UHGV virus genome: UHGV-0363627
Reading direction: 5' to 3' (one strand)
DNA: 64,000 bases
From: a virus
Shown here piece after piece: positions 32,401 through 38,723 of this stretch (position 1 is the first letter of the stretch; each line of letters starts with the position of its first letter). The notes beneath the pieces are model-generated. The model searched no databases. It was not told the DNA's origin and worked only from the letters and a program-made list of their open reading frames with translations. A program made the translations under genes and the position numbers.

Positions 32401-33458
32401 TGTTTAATGATAATGTCATAACAGATTTTATTAGAACACATCTTACAAAAGAAAGAATGGTTGAATTTGTAAGAAAACGTAAAGAGTTAATGAAAGAAGC
32501 AAAGAAGAAGTTTGAAGAATTACCAGATGTTTATAGTCAGTTTGAACTTGTTGATGATTATGCAAATCTAAAAGCTGATGCAGATATTGAACTTAAAGAC
32601 TTTGCAAAACTTGTAGAAAAAGTTATCAGAGTTAATAAGAAAATACACGGCGTATATGATAAAATTGGTGCTGCTAAAATTGAAAATGAATGGTGGGGTG
32701 GTATTGTAATGCAATTCCATAAACATCTATATCCTGGATTTAAGAAAAGATATAGACGACATGGTTATTACGATGAAGTATTAGAAACTATTGAAAAAGG
32801 TAGTTATAATAGTCTTATGCAATTTATTAATACTCCTTATCATTTGACTAAATATAAACGCAGTCAAGAAGAACTTGATACACTACAAGCTATTCAAGAA
32901 TATTGTAAAAATGCTATTAGTTTTATTACTCATATCAGACTTAATTATAATCTATTATCAGAAAGTGAACGTGCTAATATTAGACGTGCTTATGCTGATT
33001 TTGTTTATACAGGTGCAGCTGTAATTGGAGCAATAGCATTGACTGCAATAGCTGGAGGTGATGATGATAATGAAGAAAGTATTTGGTATAACTTATTAAT
33101 GTATCATGCTGATAGACTTGCTTCAGAAGCATTTGCATTTACTCCTATTGGTCTTGCTAGTGAAGGTGAAAAACTTTGGTCTAGTCCTGTTGCTATATGG
33201 CAAAGTGGTGATGATTTATTAAAAGGATTAGCATTTGGAGTTCAAACATTAATTGATAATGGATTTGAAGGAGAATATAAAACAGGTCGTTATGCTGGAG
33301 AAAATAAACTTAAAGTTATAATTGGTAGAAATATACCTGTATATCGTAATATACAACGTATTATTGAATTGCCTGATAATAATAGTTATTATAAACTTGG
33401 AGATAATGCTTTGTCTGTTATACCTGTTAAAAAAATAGGTGAATGGATAAGAGAATAA
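20436..33458 (+). CDS. giant virion-packaged multisubunit-like RNA polymerase / cargo protein (4340 aa), crAss-like
   Basis: 13-kb uninterrupted ORF. It contains TGSDFDVDSVYAM (nt ~25151-25165), which matches the DxDxD metal-binding motif of two-barrel RNAPs that crAss-like phages (e.g. phi14:2 gp66) package in the virion. Giant ORFs preceded by cargo proteins are typical of crAss-like phages. Confidence 0.6.
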   Translation: MSCSNLTLNNYPKLRSYIENNVAVGTQLYNDYLATVGTAEFQNALDKRGINAKTSPKQAFEVLKEVYNTKTKNLQSLQEGIAKHQTGRFTSKLAKIEALDFIASNISKVYSNDKFNATNKYKLLGDIINDFKSTLIRFIEFNVRKEINNNDELKEEYNKLLTETSRTIALKNIIEKLDNNILRNQLAAFESLSDKTFIEELKMKRDVAALYGQIDLEFEAVEDENKGNQEEEGSNTEDVDTVDDMSKSWELNIGEKSDFKEHIEEVVKYKLNSIPKLSSIDYTLDKKGNPVYQYDRGAEAGFIQFMDGQYLAGVLFTETDKSSVDNFVNSIADIARRKSNLKGLITLYNDLKADKNLAYKFMMVFDKPVIPKVETYYDYQGGYQVRISNTSSNPTEIVVNDIKLGIKNADETTLQKFNIDIKNATVENVHEALKLIIPNIDYQSLQNMADNYKDEYKSLLYNIATIGKIISDTIDNKNDYIEKLSKGEDVSDLNNFIPDSYLPFIYEFSNKITPYANVKVNLNSRNGANNLSSDVINRSYLTNFPLIFSSEEAVEAYARQKFAGSGYNYSNILIECVSSTGKLQPGLFRKVGDVYKLTEYANELVKISLVNGSADRRTNTAVLYKDMSKGDYLLTGLMNYIKNEEKAVVINGQEHKFATANFFMSIPSDAPKTFVATMPILSLDGLYKYNEEQYNRFRQEATNKVNALNVIDLKDEKYTDWLTNKLNIISSKSLVDLINEEKINVPVDVNKYYKVGNNPPSFAFVDKHGAKYAITGQLKEINGQFYLTNAIIKGLISDGRVTKTQVNNSKLAYINNQIYLLQRQNIGIEFDINHPVVDALRNIIYQEILDAYTSARRIFKEDANGNLIMSEGQLVLKDNYNANELYLNYEKDRGGKVYDIVDGKYVLTGAVFNLSDLNSKFANVSLYHNLMGNGKVIDILYGDREKRVRVENGKVVFDANYQSIVDNAINEAIKTYLDTYLKNATNYLRGEFNTFLEKFSDENIREYLINTIINQVNYDHLFNGKSKFYKGNQDVLKRLKEIQAGGSPFGVVDFTRTSTDPAKIVQETIDIPTADGKKAVIDYTTKEPIKLYDKFKAVTVYNTNKTSRQEVIDRLEKQLNKAKLSEETKASLLKPFKDEKTKTNDAQSYITQEEWIRRITAAGELNKYASLIEALTNDVPIEEIDWTAFENKVAIQKNFYYDLYYDTKTGIEVPRQIKNAEFVLLPKLIKGTELEQVYNAMKEVGIDQLNTIETSKAANHNIITLWDNDGNIHFDEFKEQARNVIEPYSYNYLYRQQEVPEHMVDEENKAGIQILKKMLDNLPNDEHHNNLVNKFFNNYTANIKQSFVEVATELGIELDNNGNIKLKNGAIVGLNRKVFLQLVKENMAKNGADRVLMEFLDTALEGSDQLPLFMNNVSTKLENVTNALFNKRITRQTIEGWHAAQLSDFGFTVDKDTVKDSEYLTNHEAEHNNKLEYRKEGEINGVPVYYAEIRLRRWSDALYKTVKQEDGTTKKIPIDINEVSEDLRTMIGYRIPTEGKQSIVIMKVVEFLPDAYGSTVVVPDEWVTQTGSDFDVDSVYAMTKHIMLNKDGKVIEPTENDYPLNEKGYIRYIKDNVGMAARKALGKYNGQIESSIKFIKDKEKEDRKKLNEDYQAKILKSLDNRFKDKNNIYQIAKETKDKELHKIIQAIGKKEDNISSREYINSAIERLYNLKESGEIQNQTKILDDIYDTYVATQELFNSQEDDNIVLSETNRNKIKDVIEENAKEQLNEAEKFANDNNLPNYVSWLSLPVEERVSRDVRNNNIVQTFIDILNSPAAFEENMGISQFSNLADANNWMKKIANISNKHVIDDKSYGNHDAVTQLDWKESASSGIKLKAISVNLDTFASIGNKTKIRLPFTIPVRYDKETIDKQKIGEKDRFGKVENNVINFTNQGWSEDNKNVEGYLLTLYSSQTTAHILDVMKEGAIHNENTYTFNAFKVMINAGIDYKTAISFMYQPAMDNLVKYWNESQSFANSEYINPLTKALDDAATALGITTEGKNINDLANAIYRKYNEKGYITRVYNDVGFPIIDRELNVKRFSDEMTEEEKKIHDFMVLLQFNKLNQLGNIVNNTLSVLTADKFGAKPSYYATDRIFRQIDDILASDDKLYTENKKGEIIPVVEAIYPGISKGVDNFAKADIKNSSYSSLAAMLKYSSVTALKVGQQVFETAEPNFVELIYNIAKYTKNGKLSEKLYNDYKKYLVKRLYVNDNNPAIIYPISLDDDGSVLIKQSSTGKLHIDIENEMSRIAGIGSEYTENTNFKIADINNPTKEEVLAFAKLSPAQKVLYIKENFDNIGIFDFITVNKFNEFTIKQKGYISNELKLNQGNYTNDYLYDLFDLAYLSSNPIIRLAAIDLVKYTYVVEGNNFKAGNIARAISTLPLKPTNVGGMNIGFSTKLAFDNYRFIAPTTNVSEKLIIGFIRQNYDDFPARFVDVDKIIKKNVNHAQDIEFNNDGSITVYTHGIANTKDFNKLGLLNKDEAYEIIKIRHGNTAKLYYGINHIENVTYYPLNKLDEIDTNKTIEDSSVARNNVYKSLFDVVYGYRSEKLAEQYALYKDKFVNATEITIDETNNISEVLAIANHNFFNKSQLILRNTGFTGDKLIINNAINGKKYAATKITEEVANRLRGNTSNLYQDYIDFLDKYPNYKPESDYGILPVVEYGKRYSSIGERDAASFAIKQTVAIARQESFGGNKLAESMMKILNNANINYKDTKEIANNLPVASSTVAKFVKATADRLIYDAYHFTIDENGNELKLNDARVIERVLKDDNLERKFITLINTITSFKDRYSFSNINVEGYDEDTKEALETIKEAINKLNNDTIVLQAKRSYWREFINSSTTNPNIKSGLQDALTFYGDTGFFDLNIQDIAFNHNQLVQAVVGESQAIIKEGEFRGKIEAQQFTKMLSDLKAEAAKNGKSIDWNKIVDENGRLVQPNNKEWFEMKDKLNKEYVNAVDETKDKFSVKALRAKLEYDAFIAATTESQFIPIKDYDYNGEEVTVDYTRETITNQYAVLYNKNPKVAELYAEYKRLMKEQSDILSNIIGNTPTEEQDEKIHQIYLKLRLMTSDFDENYEIKDDEDLTAARTLQAFIDRNRYLKELFFNRNIKVGFEEQLNNALKTISDIEGARDHEGRLLIPMNILMQNKEYRKAKAWLRANAMYKPDADFINEINACLTALNDPTIGKTSALNIAIEQANARDEFGIIDGRKFTAEQIERIKKETVRNFHFSKRSGLPYAGILRSQDDDVVIYKYDFYDSLRNDKVKSEDEIEDIEAINKILDKVWDSTARVLNTGSDKLTIDDLNKLSKLLELYGLDKTKNKKAAEFIAEECVVDYNNAAYEADKARAYKNGDEWYQAWKKVFETVDDDGNVVPNTIFYGVLKPKDESKWIDKNKTDYIRLINKHVQNTKTQYYYEVMRTNRDNMSKEEFKKWYFDNHYYNPYSRQYEPLKIWTHTEYIDESGNKAKGKWEARINQTDLEPNKDYVNEKYDKNYPTYKEGSTYKAKQEDGTRKEVSYDNSNYKSLNEYELKLLNNLKKIMMQYAFTDSNKYYVKQGYLPSISKEKEFDYKDIFKEAMAFIGVSSNIPTDTKWQDLENITYNTDEEKDNPMLQMLLDRNSSKYVEVPHFPKPGESEAEFIKRKQEAKDVNAKIREENEKIHNQLINKDWENVFKSFIINSARYDAIRLIKGKLYAADDALLSYDAYKLNYKNELIQDYRLSAESEVEYKTESNRNTSAQLRNYIRRVVRDTYKNNTNPQLLKFASIAQNMAGSKYMMLNITGGIANILTGQTNLAAERFAREYFNEKDWIIGQNLYVGGAISYMSNMYNDKSTTLQDGIIKLANVVDYDRIAELTANDIKGNIKKLRGLLFTPQTAGEHYMQNTVLLTMMKNHHIIKDANGNAKIVSFEMFKREKELEALMIVLNEEERAAYDKFFNDILADENRRANYNMFNDNVITDFIRTHLTKERMVEFVRKRKELMKEAKKKFEELPDVYSQFELVDDYANLKADADIELKDFAKLVEKVIRVNKKIHGVYDKIGAAKIENEWWGGIVMQFHKHLYPGFKKRYRRHGYYDEVLETIEKGSYNSLMQFINTPYHLTKYKRSQEELDTLQAIQEYCKNAISFITHIRLNYNLLSESERANIRRAYADFVYTGAAVIGAIALTAIAGGDDDNEESIWYNLLMYHADRLASEAFAFTPIGLASEGEKLWSSPVAIWQSGDDLLKGLAFGVQTLIDNGFEGEYKTGRYAGENKLKVIIGRNIPVYRNIQRIIELPDNNSYYKLGDNALSVIPVKKIGEWIRE
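22168..22183 (+). repeat. 21-bp repeat copy 8, in RNAP CDS (SSTGKL)
   Basis: Direct read. Confidence 0.7.
25806..25821 (-). repeat. 21-bp repeat copy 9, in RNAP CDS (SLPVEE)
   Basis: Direct read. Confidence 0.7.
27259..27274 (+). repeat. 21-bp repeat copy 10, in RNAP CDS (SSTGKL); flank caatcctctacgggcaagctaca identical to copy 2
   Basis: Direct read. Confidence 0.7.
28528..28548 (-). repeat. 21-bp repeat copy 11, variant (TCTTGCCCGTAGTGGAATATG), in RNAP CDS (ILPVVEY)
   Basis: Direct read. Confidence 0.6.
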
Positions 33459-33472
33459 TATCTCGCTGAAAC

Positions 33473-33489
33473 TTGCCCGTAGGGAATGA
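33473..33489 (-). repeat. 21-bp repeat copy 12, intergenic, just after the RNAP gene stop
   Basis: aCTTGCCCGTAGGGAATGac. Confidence 0.65.
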
Positions 33490-33530
33490 CATGGTAATAA
33501 TCATGCTGCTCCTTATGGGCATTTTCGTAT
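33475..33530 (+). terminator. intrinsic-terminator-like hairpin for the plus-strand giant gene, built from a repeat copy and a degenerate partner
   Basis: gcccgtaggga (33475-33485) pairs with tccttatgggc (33510-33520) in an 11-bp stem with 2 G.U pairs, followed by attttcgtatt. Confidence 0.4.
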
Positions 33531-33578
33531 TAATACACTTGATAGAATTATTGTTAATATTGAAGATGGAGCAATTGC

Positions 33579-33621
33579 AAAAAATAAAGGCGGACAACCA
33601 GTTAATAACCAGTCATCCGCC
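33579..33621 (-). terminator. rho-independent terminator for the leftward (minus-strand) transcription unit
   Basis: GGCGGA (33589-33594) and TCCGCC (33616-33621) form a stem, with a T-run on the minus strand (top aaaaaataaa 33579-33588). It lies at the convergence point of the two gene blocks. Confidence 0.4.
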
Positions 33622-33744
33622 TACTACTCACATTCATAACAATTCATTACTATGCCTTCTCGCTTACAGATTTGCCGTCTGTTGCATTTTATTAGTCAGC
33701 ATGATAGTTTGTATTGATTTTTGACAATCATTCGTCAGAGAGCC

Positions 33745-33852
33745 TTAAAATAAGTCGTTGTATTGACAACTATATTCGTTATCATCAATAACTCCAGCTA
33801 TAATAGCAACAATCACAACACCGACAAATATAATATCTATTATTCTTTTCAT
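33745..33852 (-). CDS. small single-TM membrane protein (~35 aa, MKRIIDIIFVGVVIVAIIAGVIDDNEYSCQYNDLF); not in the supplied ORF track
   Basis: My manual minus-strand translation gives an ATG-initiated ORF with a hydrophobic helix. It lies at the 3' end of the leftward operon, so it could be holin or lysis related. Confidence 0.35.
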   Translation of the reverse strand: MKRIIDIIFVGVVIVAIIAGVIDDNEYSCQYNDLF

Positions 33853-33853
33853 T

Positions 33854-34024
33854 TCAATTAGTTTCTCCTATTCTCCAAACAATAAACAAAACAAATAATA
33901 TTATTCCAATCAAAATACCAAAACCAAATTTATTAGATTGTTCTTGTTCAGTATCATCTTCGTTAATAAATACTTTTGCTACTACATATCCAATAATAGC
34001 AATAACAACAATAGGCAATGTCAT
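33854..34024 (-). CDS. small two-TM membrane protein (~56 aa, MTLPIVVIAIIGYVVAKVF...GILIGIILFVLFIVWRIGETN); not in the supplied ORF track
   Basis: My manual translation gives two hydrophobic segments. The antisense +ORF 33938..34123 is probably spurious. Confidence 0.35.
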   Translation of the reverse strand: MTLPIVVIAIIGYVVAKVFINEDDTEQEQSNKFGFGILIGIILFVLFIVWRIGETN

Positions 34025-34224
34025 AACAATTTCTTTAATAAATTACACATTCTTTTAGCATCATTTTCTTTATCATATACAACAGGTACACTTTTTCCCT
34101 TTATCATTATAATAGCTGTATAATAATAACCATTTCTTGCTTTTTGTTGAACAGCAAATTCTTCTTTGTCATTATAAGTAAATTTCTTTACAATAACAAG
34201 TTCTTCTTTTTCTTTCATAATCAT
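34021..34224 (-). CDS. hypothetical small protein (67 aa)
   Basis: ORF whose end overlaps the start of 33854..34024 by 4 nt (ATGA). Confidence 0.45.
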   Translation of the reverse strand: MIMKEKEELVIVKKFTYNDKEEFAVQQKARNGYYYTAIIMIKGKSVPVVYDKENDAKRMCNLLKKLL

Positions 34225-34937
34225 TCAATTTTAATTTCTTCAAAAGGTTCAAATTTTCTAGATTTAATTCTTCCTAATATTTTCTTTTTATAATCTTCAT
34301 TTAAACTAACAACAGGGGTAGTTTTTCCCTCTAAATATATAAATTCTAATTTTCTTTCTTTTGTATTATCATTTACCCATTTACATAATCTAATTTTACT
34401 CCCATTAAATAAAAAATTATGATTTAATATGTAATATGATTTTAAATTATTAATAGGGACTAATACTTCCATCTTTATTAATGAAGATAAAGATGCAGCA
34501 AAAGTTTTATTATTCATCCCAGTATGTCTATTAACATCATCTCTAGTAAAATAAACATAATTACAATCTCGTTTTATTATACTAGCGACATATAATAATA
34601 ATTTAATAGATGAATCATTAGTAAAACTAATTTTATTCCAATGCAACAATCTATAATTTAATACAGGATGCATTTGTATAAATGGTTCTTTACTTATATC
34701 TTTATTAATATTTATATCAGTACCATCAGACAAATTAGTACTTACTGTATTATTATAAGTATTAGTATCAAAAGGTGTTGGCAAATAATCACCTTTATCA
34801 ATTTTATCTTGTAATTTAGTTGTTTCTTTACAATCATTTATAATTTTATTACAACTAACATTACTTAATTTACCTTCTCTTGCTTTCTTTGCTAATTCTT
34901 CAAGCATATCGGCAGCTTCATTTTGTACTATATCCAT
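34221..34937 (-). CDS. hypothetical protein, paralogue family member 1 (related to 61533..62105 and 62406..62996 C-terminal halves)
   Basis: ORF preceded by a 527-bp non-coding leader. Its C-terminal half (DCNYVYFTRDDV...INNLKSYYILNHNFLFNG) resembles NSNVIVISDDDI...IINPKYILYG of the other two paralogues. Confidence 0.5.
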   Translation of the reverse strand: MDIVQNEAADMLEELAKKAREGKLSNVSCNKIINDCKETTKLQDKIDKGDYLPTPFDTNTYNNTVSTNLSDGTDININKDISKEPFIQMHPVLNYRLLHWNKISFTNDSSIKLLLYVASIIKRDCNYVYFTRDDVNRHTGMNNKTFAASLSSLIKMEVLVPINNLKSYYILNHNFLFNGSKIRLCKWVNDNTKERKLEFIYLEGKTTPVVSLNEDYKKKILGRIKSRKFEPFEEIKIE

Positions 34938-35140
34938 AACAATATTATTTAGTGATTAATAAAATTTGCATGGTCTTGATGACTACTCAAATATAACATT
35001 ATAAATCAGACTACGCAAGTACGTACCAACCAAAACTATGCAAAATTGATATAATTGCCTGATAATCAGCTATTTACAGCTCCTTAATAATATTATTATA
35101 TATAATAAAATATTGATGTTCCAGCATATCATAAATAAAA

Positions 35141-35168
35141 CCGCTACTACTTTCACAAGCAATAGCGG
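35141..35168 (-). terminator. hairpin with conserved 16-nt loop (family member 1); terminator-like on the minus strand
   Basis: Stem ccgcta/tagcgg with loop ctactttcacaagcaa. On the minus strand the hairpin is followed by ttttatttat. Confidence 0.4.
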
Positions 35169-35242
35169 CAACAAATTTAATACTTAAATCAACAACAGTA
35201 TCTTTAATATCTTTCATTTTTTCAATATCAATTAGATTATTT

Positions 35243-35309
35243 TAGCTCGCCCGTAGAGGAATGCTAGGCATGATAGCTAGCTTAATCATCACTTTCCTAC
35301 GGGCAAGCT
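35243..35309. repeat. inverted pair of the 21-bp repeat (copies 13/14) forming a ~17-bp-stem hairpin with 29-nt loop
   Basis: tAGCTCGCCCGTAGAGGAATG (35243-35263) ... tTTCCTACGGGCAAGCT (35293-35309). Confidence 0.7.
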
Positions 35310-35373
35310 GTAATATCAACAATAACTAAATCGTCAATATAAATAATAACTAAATTATAACATTTACTAGCAG

Positions 35374-35427
35374 TAGCTCCCCCGTAGGGAATGCTAGCAT
35401 TACATCATATCCTCTACGGGCAAGCTA
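35374..35427. repeat. inverted pair of the 21-bp repeat (copies 15/16) forming a second hairpin with 17-nt loop
   Basis: tAGCTCCCCCGTAGGGAATG (35374-35393) ... CCTCTACGGGCAAGCTa (35411-35427). Confidence 0.7.
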
Positions 35428-35464
35428 TATTATCTATTACATCTTTTTCATTTTTACCTCCTTT

Positions 35465-35656
35465 CTATGCTAATTGACCATCAAAATAACTTTCACATTC
35501 ATCGCAATAAATTTCAACTACTTCATTATCAGTAATCATATCTATTGTTTCATCATCAGCATAATCTTCTATATAAACAGTATTACCGCAATATGGACAT
35601 GAACAAATATAACCACGTCCATCTTCATCATAAATTCCAACAATTTCTTCTTCCAT
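35465..35656 (-). CDS. small zinc-ribbon protein (63 aa)
   Basis: Contains CSCPYC...CDEC (two CxxC pairs). Confidence 0.5.
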   Translation of the reverse strand: MEEEIVGIYDEDGRGYICSCPYCGNTVYIEDYADDETIDMITDNEVVEIYCDECESYFDGQLA

Positions 35657-35658
35657 AA

Positions 35659-35919
35659 TTACAACATTTCAAATTTATCAATAACACATTTATAAAAATC
35701 AGCAGGCATAGAGCCAAATATTCTTGCTATTTCTCTAATATTTTCTCTAAATATAACAGTAGGAAAAACATTAGTTTTATATTTATTATTTGCAATATCT
35801 CGATTACAAGTTACTATATTACATTTTATATCTTTATCTTTACATGTATCTTGTAATATACTACTAACAAATTCACAAGCAAGACAATCTTTAATTGTTA
35901 TAACTTCTATTATTTTCAT
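35659..35919 (-). CDS. glutaredoxin/thioredoxin-fold protein (NrdH-like)
   Basis: 86 aa with N-terminal CLAC dithiol motif and a later FPTVIF motif. It sits next to nucleotide-metabolism genes. Confidence 0.5.
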   Translation of the reverse strand: MKIIEVITIKDCLACEFVSSILQDTCKDKDIKCNIVTCNRDIANNKYKTNVFPTVIFRENIREIARIFGSMPADFYKCVIDKFEML

Positions 35920-36212
35920 ACTTGTACAACTTCTTCATCTGTAAAACCATGAGCAAGACTAAAATGATTACGAAAATCATCAAGAGTTCTAACATACATT
36001 TGACTTTCAATATCAGCTCTAGTATATATAACTCCAGGACTCCATTTACCATTTAATTTAATAAGATTATCTCTTGCTTCTATAACTTTATATAAATTCT
36101 CAGTTTTAATATGAATAAAATAATCTCCAGCATTTACTGGAGAATTATTATATAAAGGTTTTAATTTATTTGCCTGTGCTTCCATAACCACCTTGTCCTC
36201 TATCTGTTTCAC
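35916..36212 (-). CDS. hypothetical protein (98 aa)
   Basis: ORF, overlapping stop/start arrangement. Confidence 0.45.
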   Translation of the reverse strand: MKQIEDKVVMEAQANKLKPLYNNSPVNAGDYFIHIKTENLYKVIEARDNLIKLNGKWSPGVIYTRADIESQMYVRTLDDFRNHFSLAHGFTDEEVVQV

Positions 36213-36840
36213 CTAAATCTTCTAATTTATCAACTTCTTGCCATTCAATCTTAGTTCTTTTACGAACAAGAATTTGAGCAATTCTATCTCCTACTTTATA
36301 AGGGAATTTATTCATATCATTAAGTTCATATCTATCTCTATCTATAGCATTAAGAACATGAATATAAGAATCATTAGATTTATTATTATTAATTTTGTCT
36401 AAGTTAATTCTAATACTATCAATTATATTTAAAAAATTAATATTATCTCTACATTTAAATACCACCGTTATTTCTCCTCTATAAGGTTCATCTATACAAC
36501 CAGGCATATTAGCTATATAATATTCAGTTTTAGTAAGAGAACTTCTAGGTTTTACTTCGCATTCATAATCTTTATCTAAAGCCATATGTAATCCTGTATG
36601 AACAATATATCTATCTTTTTTAGCATCATATTCAATAGATTGAGCATATAAGTCACAACAAGCATCGCCATCGTGAGCATAAGTAGGAAGAGGTATATCT
36701 TTATTTTCTCTCCAACATTTAACAGGTATTATTTTATTAAGTTCATCTTGTTTAATTAAATAATTAAGCACATCTCCATTTTTACTACCAGAAAGTAACA
36801 TTTTAAGTGCATGTTCTACATAATTTTCATTTCTTTTCAT
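36166..36840 (-). CDS. dut: dUTP diphosphatase (dUTPase)
   Basis: GCIDEPYRGEI matches dUTPase motif 3 (G-x-ID-x-x-YRGE), and KPRSSLTK matches the motif 2 RSS region. Confidence 0.65.
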   Translation of the reverse strand: MKRNENYVEHALKMLLSGSKNGDVLNYLIKQDELNKIIPVKCWRENKDIPLPTYAHDGDACCDLYAQSIEYDAKKDRYIVHTGLHMALDKDYECEVKPRSSLTKTEYYIANMPGCIDEPYRGEITVVFKCRDNINFLNIIDSIRINLDKINNNKSNDSYIHVLNAIDRDRYELNDMNKFPYKVGDRIAQILVRKRTKIEWQEVDKLEDLGETDRGQGGYGSTGK

Positions 36841-36857
36841 AATCTTTATTTATTTAA

Positions 36858-37364
36858 TTACCAATCAGTACATAAAGAAAGTTTAATAGTTTCTTCTCCT
36901 AAAATATCAATAGCTTGTTGAGCAAGTTCTTTAGATTTAAAATATATACCATCAGAACAACAACTTGCTACATATGCTATTTCTATTTTATTACCAGGAT
37001 AATCTATATAAAGATAATATTTATATTCAATTTTATTCTTATTATCCCAATCAGGTTGCCAACCACCATTAAGATATTTAGCAACATTCATTAGTTGATT
37101 AATGGCAAGAAGCTTTTTGGCTTGCTTTTCAGAAGTACAATTATTTGTATCATTATAATCATTATTTAGAGCTTTTATAAATTTTATATTACAAAAAGCA
37201 TCAGTATAATAAGTTTTTTTATCTTTAAATAATTCTTTAGCTATATCATCATAAGTAAGTTCTTTTTTAATAGGTCTAAATTTAATAATATTATTTTCTA
37301 AATATGCTTCTGTTCCTTCAGGAATATCAATTTTAATTTCATTAATTGTCTTTTCCATAATCAC
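36858..37364 (-). CDS. hypothetical protein (168 aa)
   Basis: ORF. Confidence 0.5.
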   Translation of the reverse strand: MIMEKTINEIKIDIPEGTEAYLENNIIKFRPIKKELTYDDIAKELFKDKKTYYTDAFCNIKFIKALNNDYNDTNNCTSEKQAKKLLAINQLMNVAKYLNGGWQPDWDNKNKIEYKYYLYIDYPGNKIEIAYVASCCSDGIYFKSKELAQQAIDILGEETIKLSLCTDW

Positions 37365-37370
37365 ATAATT

Positions 37371-38438
37371 TTAAATAACAAATTCATATTCTAATGCTTC
37401 TTTTAATTTTCTACTTTTATCTCCAAACATTATACTATCCATTCGTTTCGCACCTGTAGCTGTATCAACATTACTATAATAGCCAGTAATAGAATTATAA
37501 GCACCCCATGCAGTACCAACTATTTCTTTTTGTCCGATACCAACATTATAATAGTCCCAAGTATCACTAATAATATTCAACTTACGTGTACTAATATCTG
37601 CATCATTACAAGCCTGACCATTTCTATATATAACTTGTTTATAACTATGACCTGTATTAAGAAGTTTCGCTTTTTCTTCATCTGTCAAATAAAATTCACA
37701 GATATATTTCATAACTTGTTCATCAGTCATTTTTATACTTTCTAATAAATTATATGCATCATTTGTAGCTTGTATAATTTGTTTTGTAATTCCTAATACA
37801 CGATGGGCTTCTTCTATATTTTTATGAACAGAACTAGTATGTTTATATGATAAAGCATTTCCACTCTTCAAAGCAGCAGCTAATGTATTTTGACAAATAA
37901 CCCTAATAGGAGTAAATAATATTTTAACTCCACCATTACCATCATGATTATTAACAAATAAAAGATAATTTTCTACAATATCACCTTTTACTCTAATATT
38001 ATCAGGTAATTTAGCAGAAACAAATATTCTTTCTCCATTACCAAAGAAACCAGCAGTTTGCCATTTAGCTTCATTTGTTCCTATTGCATCATCAAAGAAT
38101 TTAAAAGCTTCTTTATTTTGAACAATAGTATATTGTTTCTTAACAGTACCTAGAGGAATTTTATAATCATCACGATAAGTACAATAAGCATTAGGACAAG
38201 TAGTATATAAATTACTACCTAAAATATGTGCATCAGAATCTTTCTTTTTAAGATTATTAAAATCATCTAATGCTTTATCCATATTTATTACATCAATAGG
38301 CATTTTAGCAACAAGTTCATGTTTCTTAACTTCATAGTCAAGACCAGCTTTAATCATTACTTCTTCTGTAGTTTTACAATCTTCTACATTGACAACCCCA
38401 GCATATCGCCAGGGTTGTCCAATAACTCTATAACTCAT
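37371..38438 (-). CDS. hypothetical protein (355 aa)
   Basis: ORF with relatively conserved-looking (less AT-biased) composition. Confidence 0.55.
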   Translation of the reverse strand: MSYRVIGQPWRYAGVVNVEDCKTTEEVMIKAGLDYEVKKHELVAKMPIDVINMDKALDDFNNLKKKDSDAHILGSNLYTTCPNAYCTYRDDYKIPLGTVKKQYTIVQNKEAFKFFDDAIGTNEAKWQTAGFFGNGERIFVSAKLPDNIRVKGDIVENYLLFVNNHDGNGGVKILFTPIRVICQNTLAAALKSGNALSYKHTSSVHKNIEEAHRVLGITKQIIQATNDAYNLLESIKMTDEQVMKYICEFYLTDEEKAKLLNTGHSYKQVIYRNGQACNDADISTRKLNIISDTWDYYNVGIGQKEIVGTAWGAYNSITGYYSNVDTATGAKRMDSIMFGDKSRKLKEALEYEFVI

Positions 38439-38722
38439 AATTTTATATCTTTAAGTTTAACAACAGCGGTAACTCTAGTAAAAATAACTCCTTCTTCACA
38501 ATCATCAAGTCCTTTCTTATTTCTATATTCACCAAGACAATATCCAAGACTATCAATATTTGCTAATTCTCCAGACATACATCCTCCATGTTTTCCATAC
38601 ATACAGCATTGTGAACAAGAAAATATATTAGATTTTATATTAGATTTAATACATCTAACAATACCAAAACCTTCAATTAATGCTTCTTCTCCAATATTTA
38701 AAGCAAGAGTATTCTTTTTCAT
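38435..38722 (-). CDS. small Cys-rich protein (95 aa)
   Basis: Contains CSQCCMYGKHGGC cluster. Confidence 0.45.
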   Translation of the reverse strand: MKKNTLALNIGEEALIEGFGIVRCIKSNIKSNIFSCSQCCMYGKHGGCMSGELANIDSLGYCLGEYRNKKGLDDCEEGVIFTRVTAVVKLKDIKL

Positions 38723-38723
38723 A

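Noticed and set aside
35064-35217. ~50-aa minus-strand ORF (MKDIKDTVVDLSIKFVAAIACESSSGF...) reading through the conserved-loop hairpin
   Set aside because: The peptide similarity (ACESSS / ACESRS) to the 59.7-kb copy is explained by nucleotide conservation of the hairpin loop, and the second copy has no in-frame ATG. I kept it as a possible alternative but not as a feature.
35243-35427. Four clustered copies of the 21-bp repeat, considered as a possible CRISPR array
   Set aside because: Copies are in alternating orientation with irregular spacing (29 and 17 nt loops, 64 nt between pairs). They are inverted hairpin pairs, not direct repeats with spacers, and no cas genes are present.
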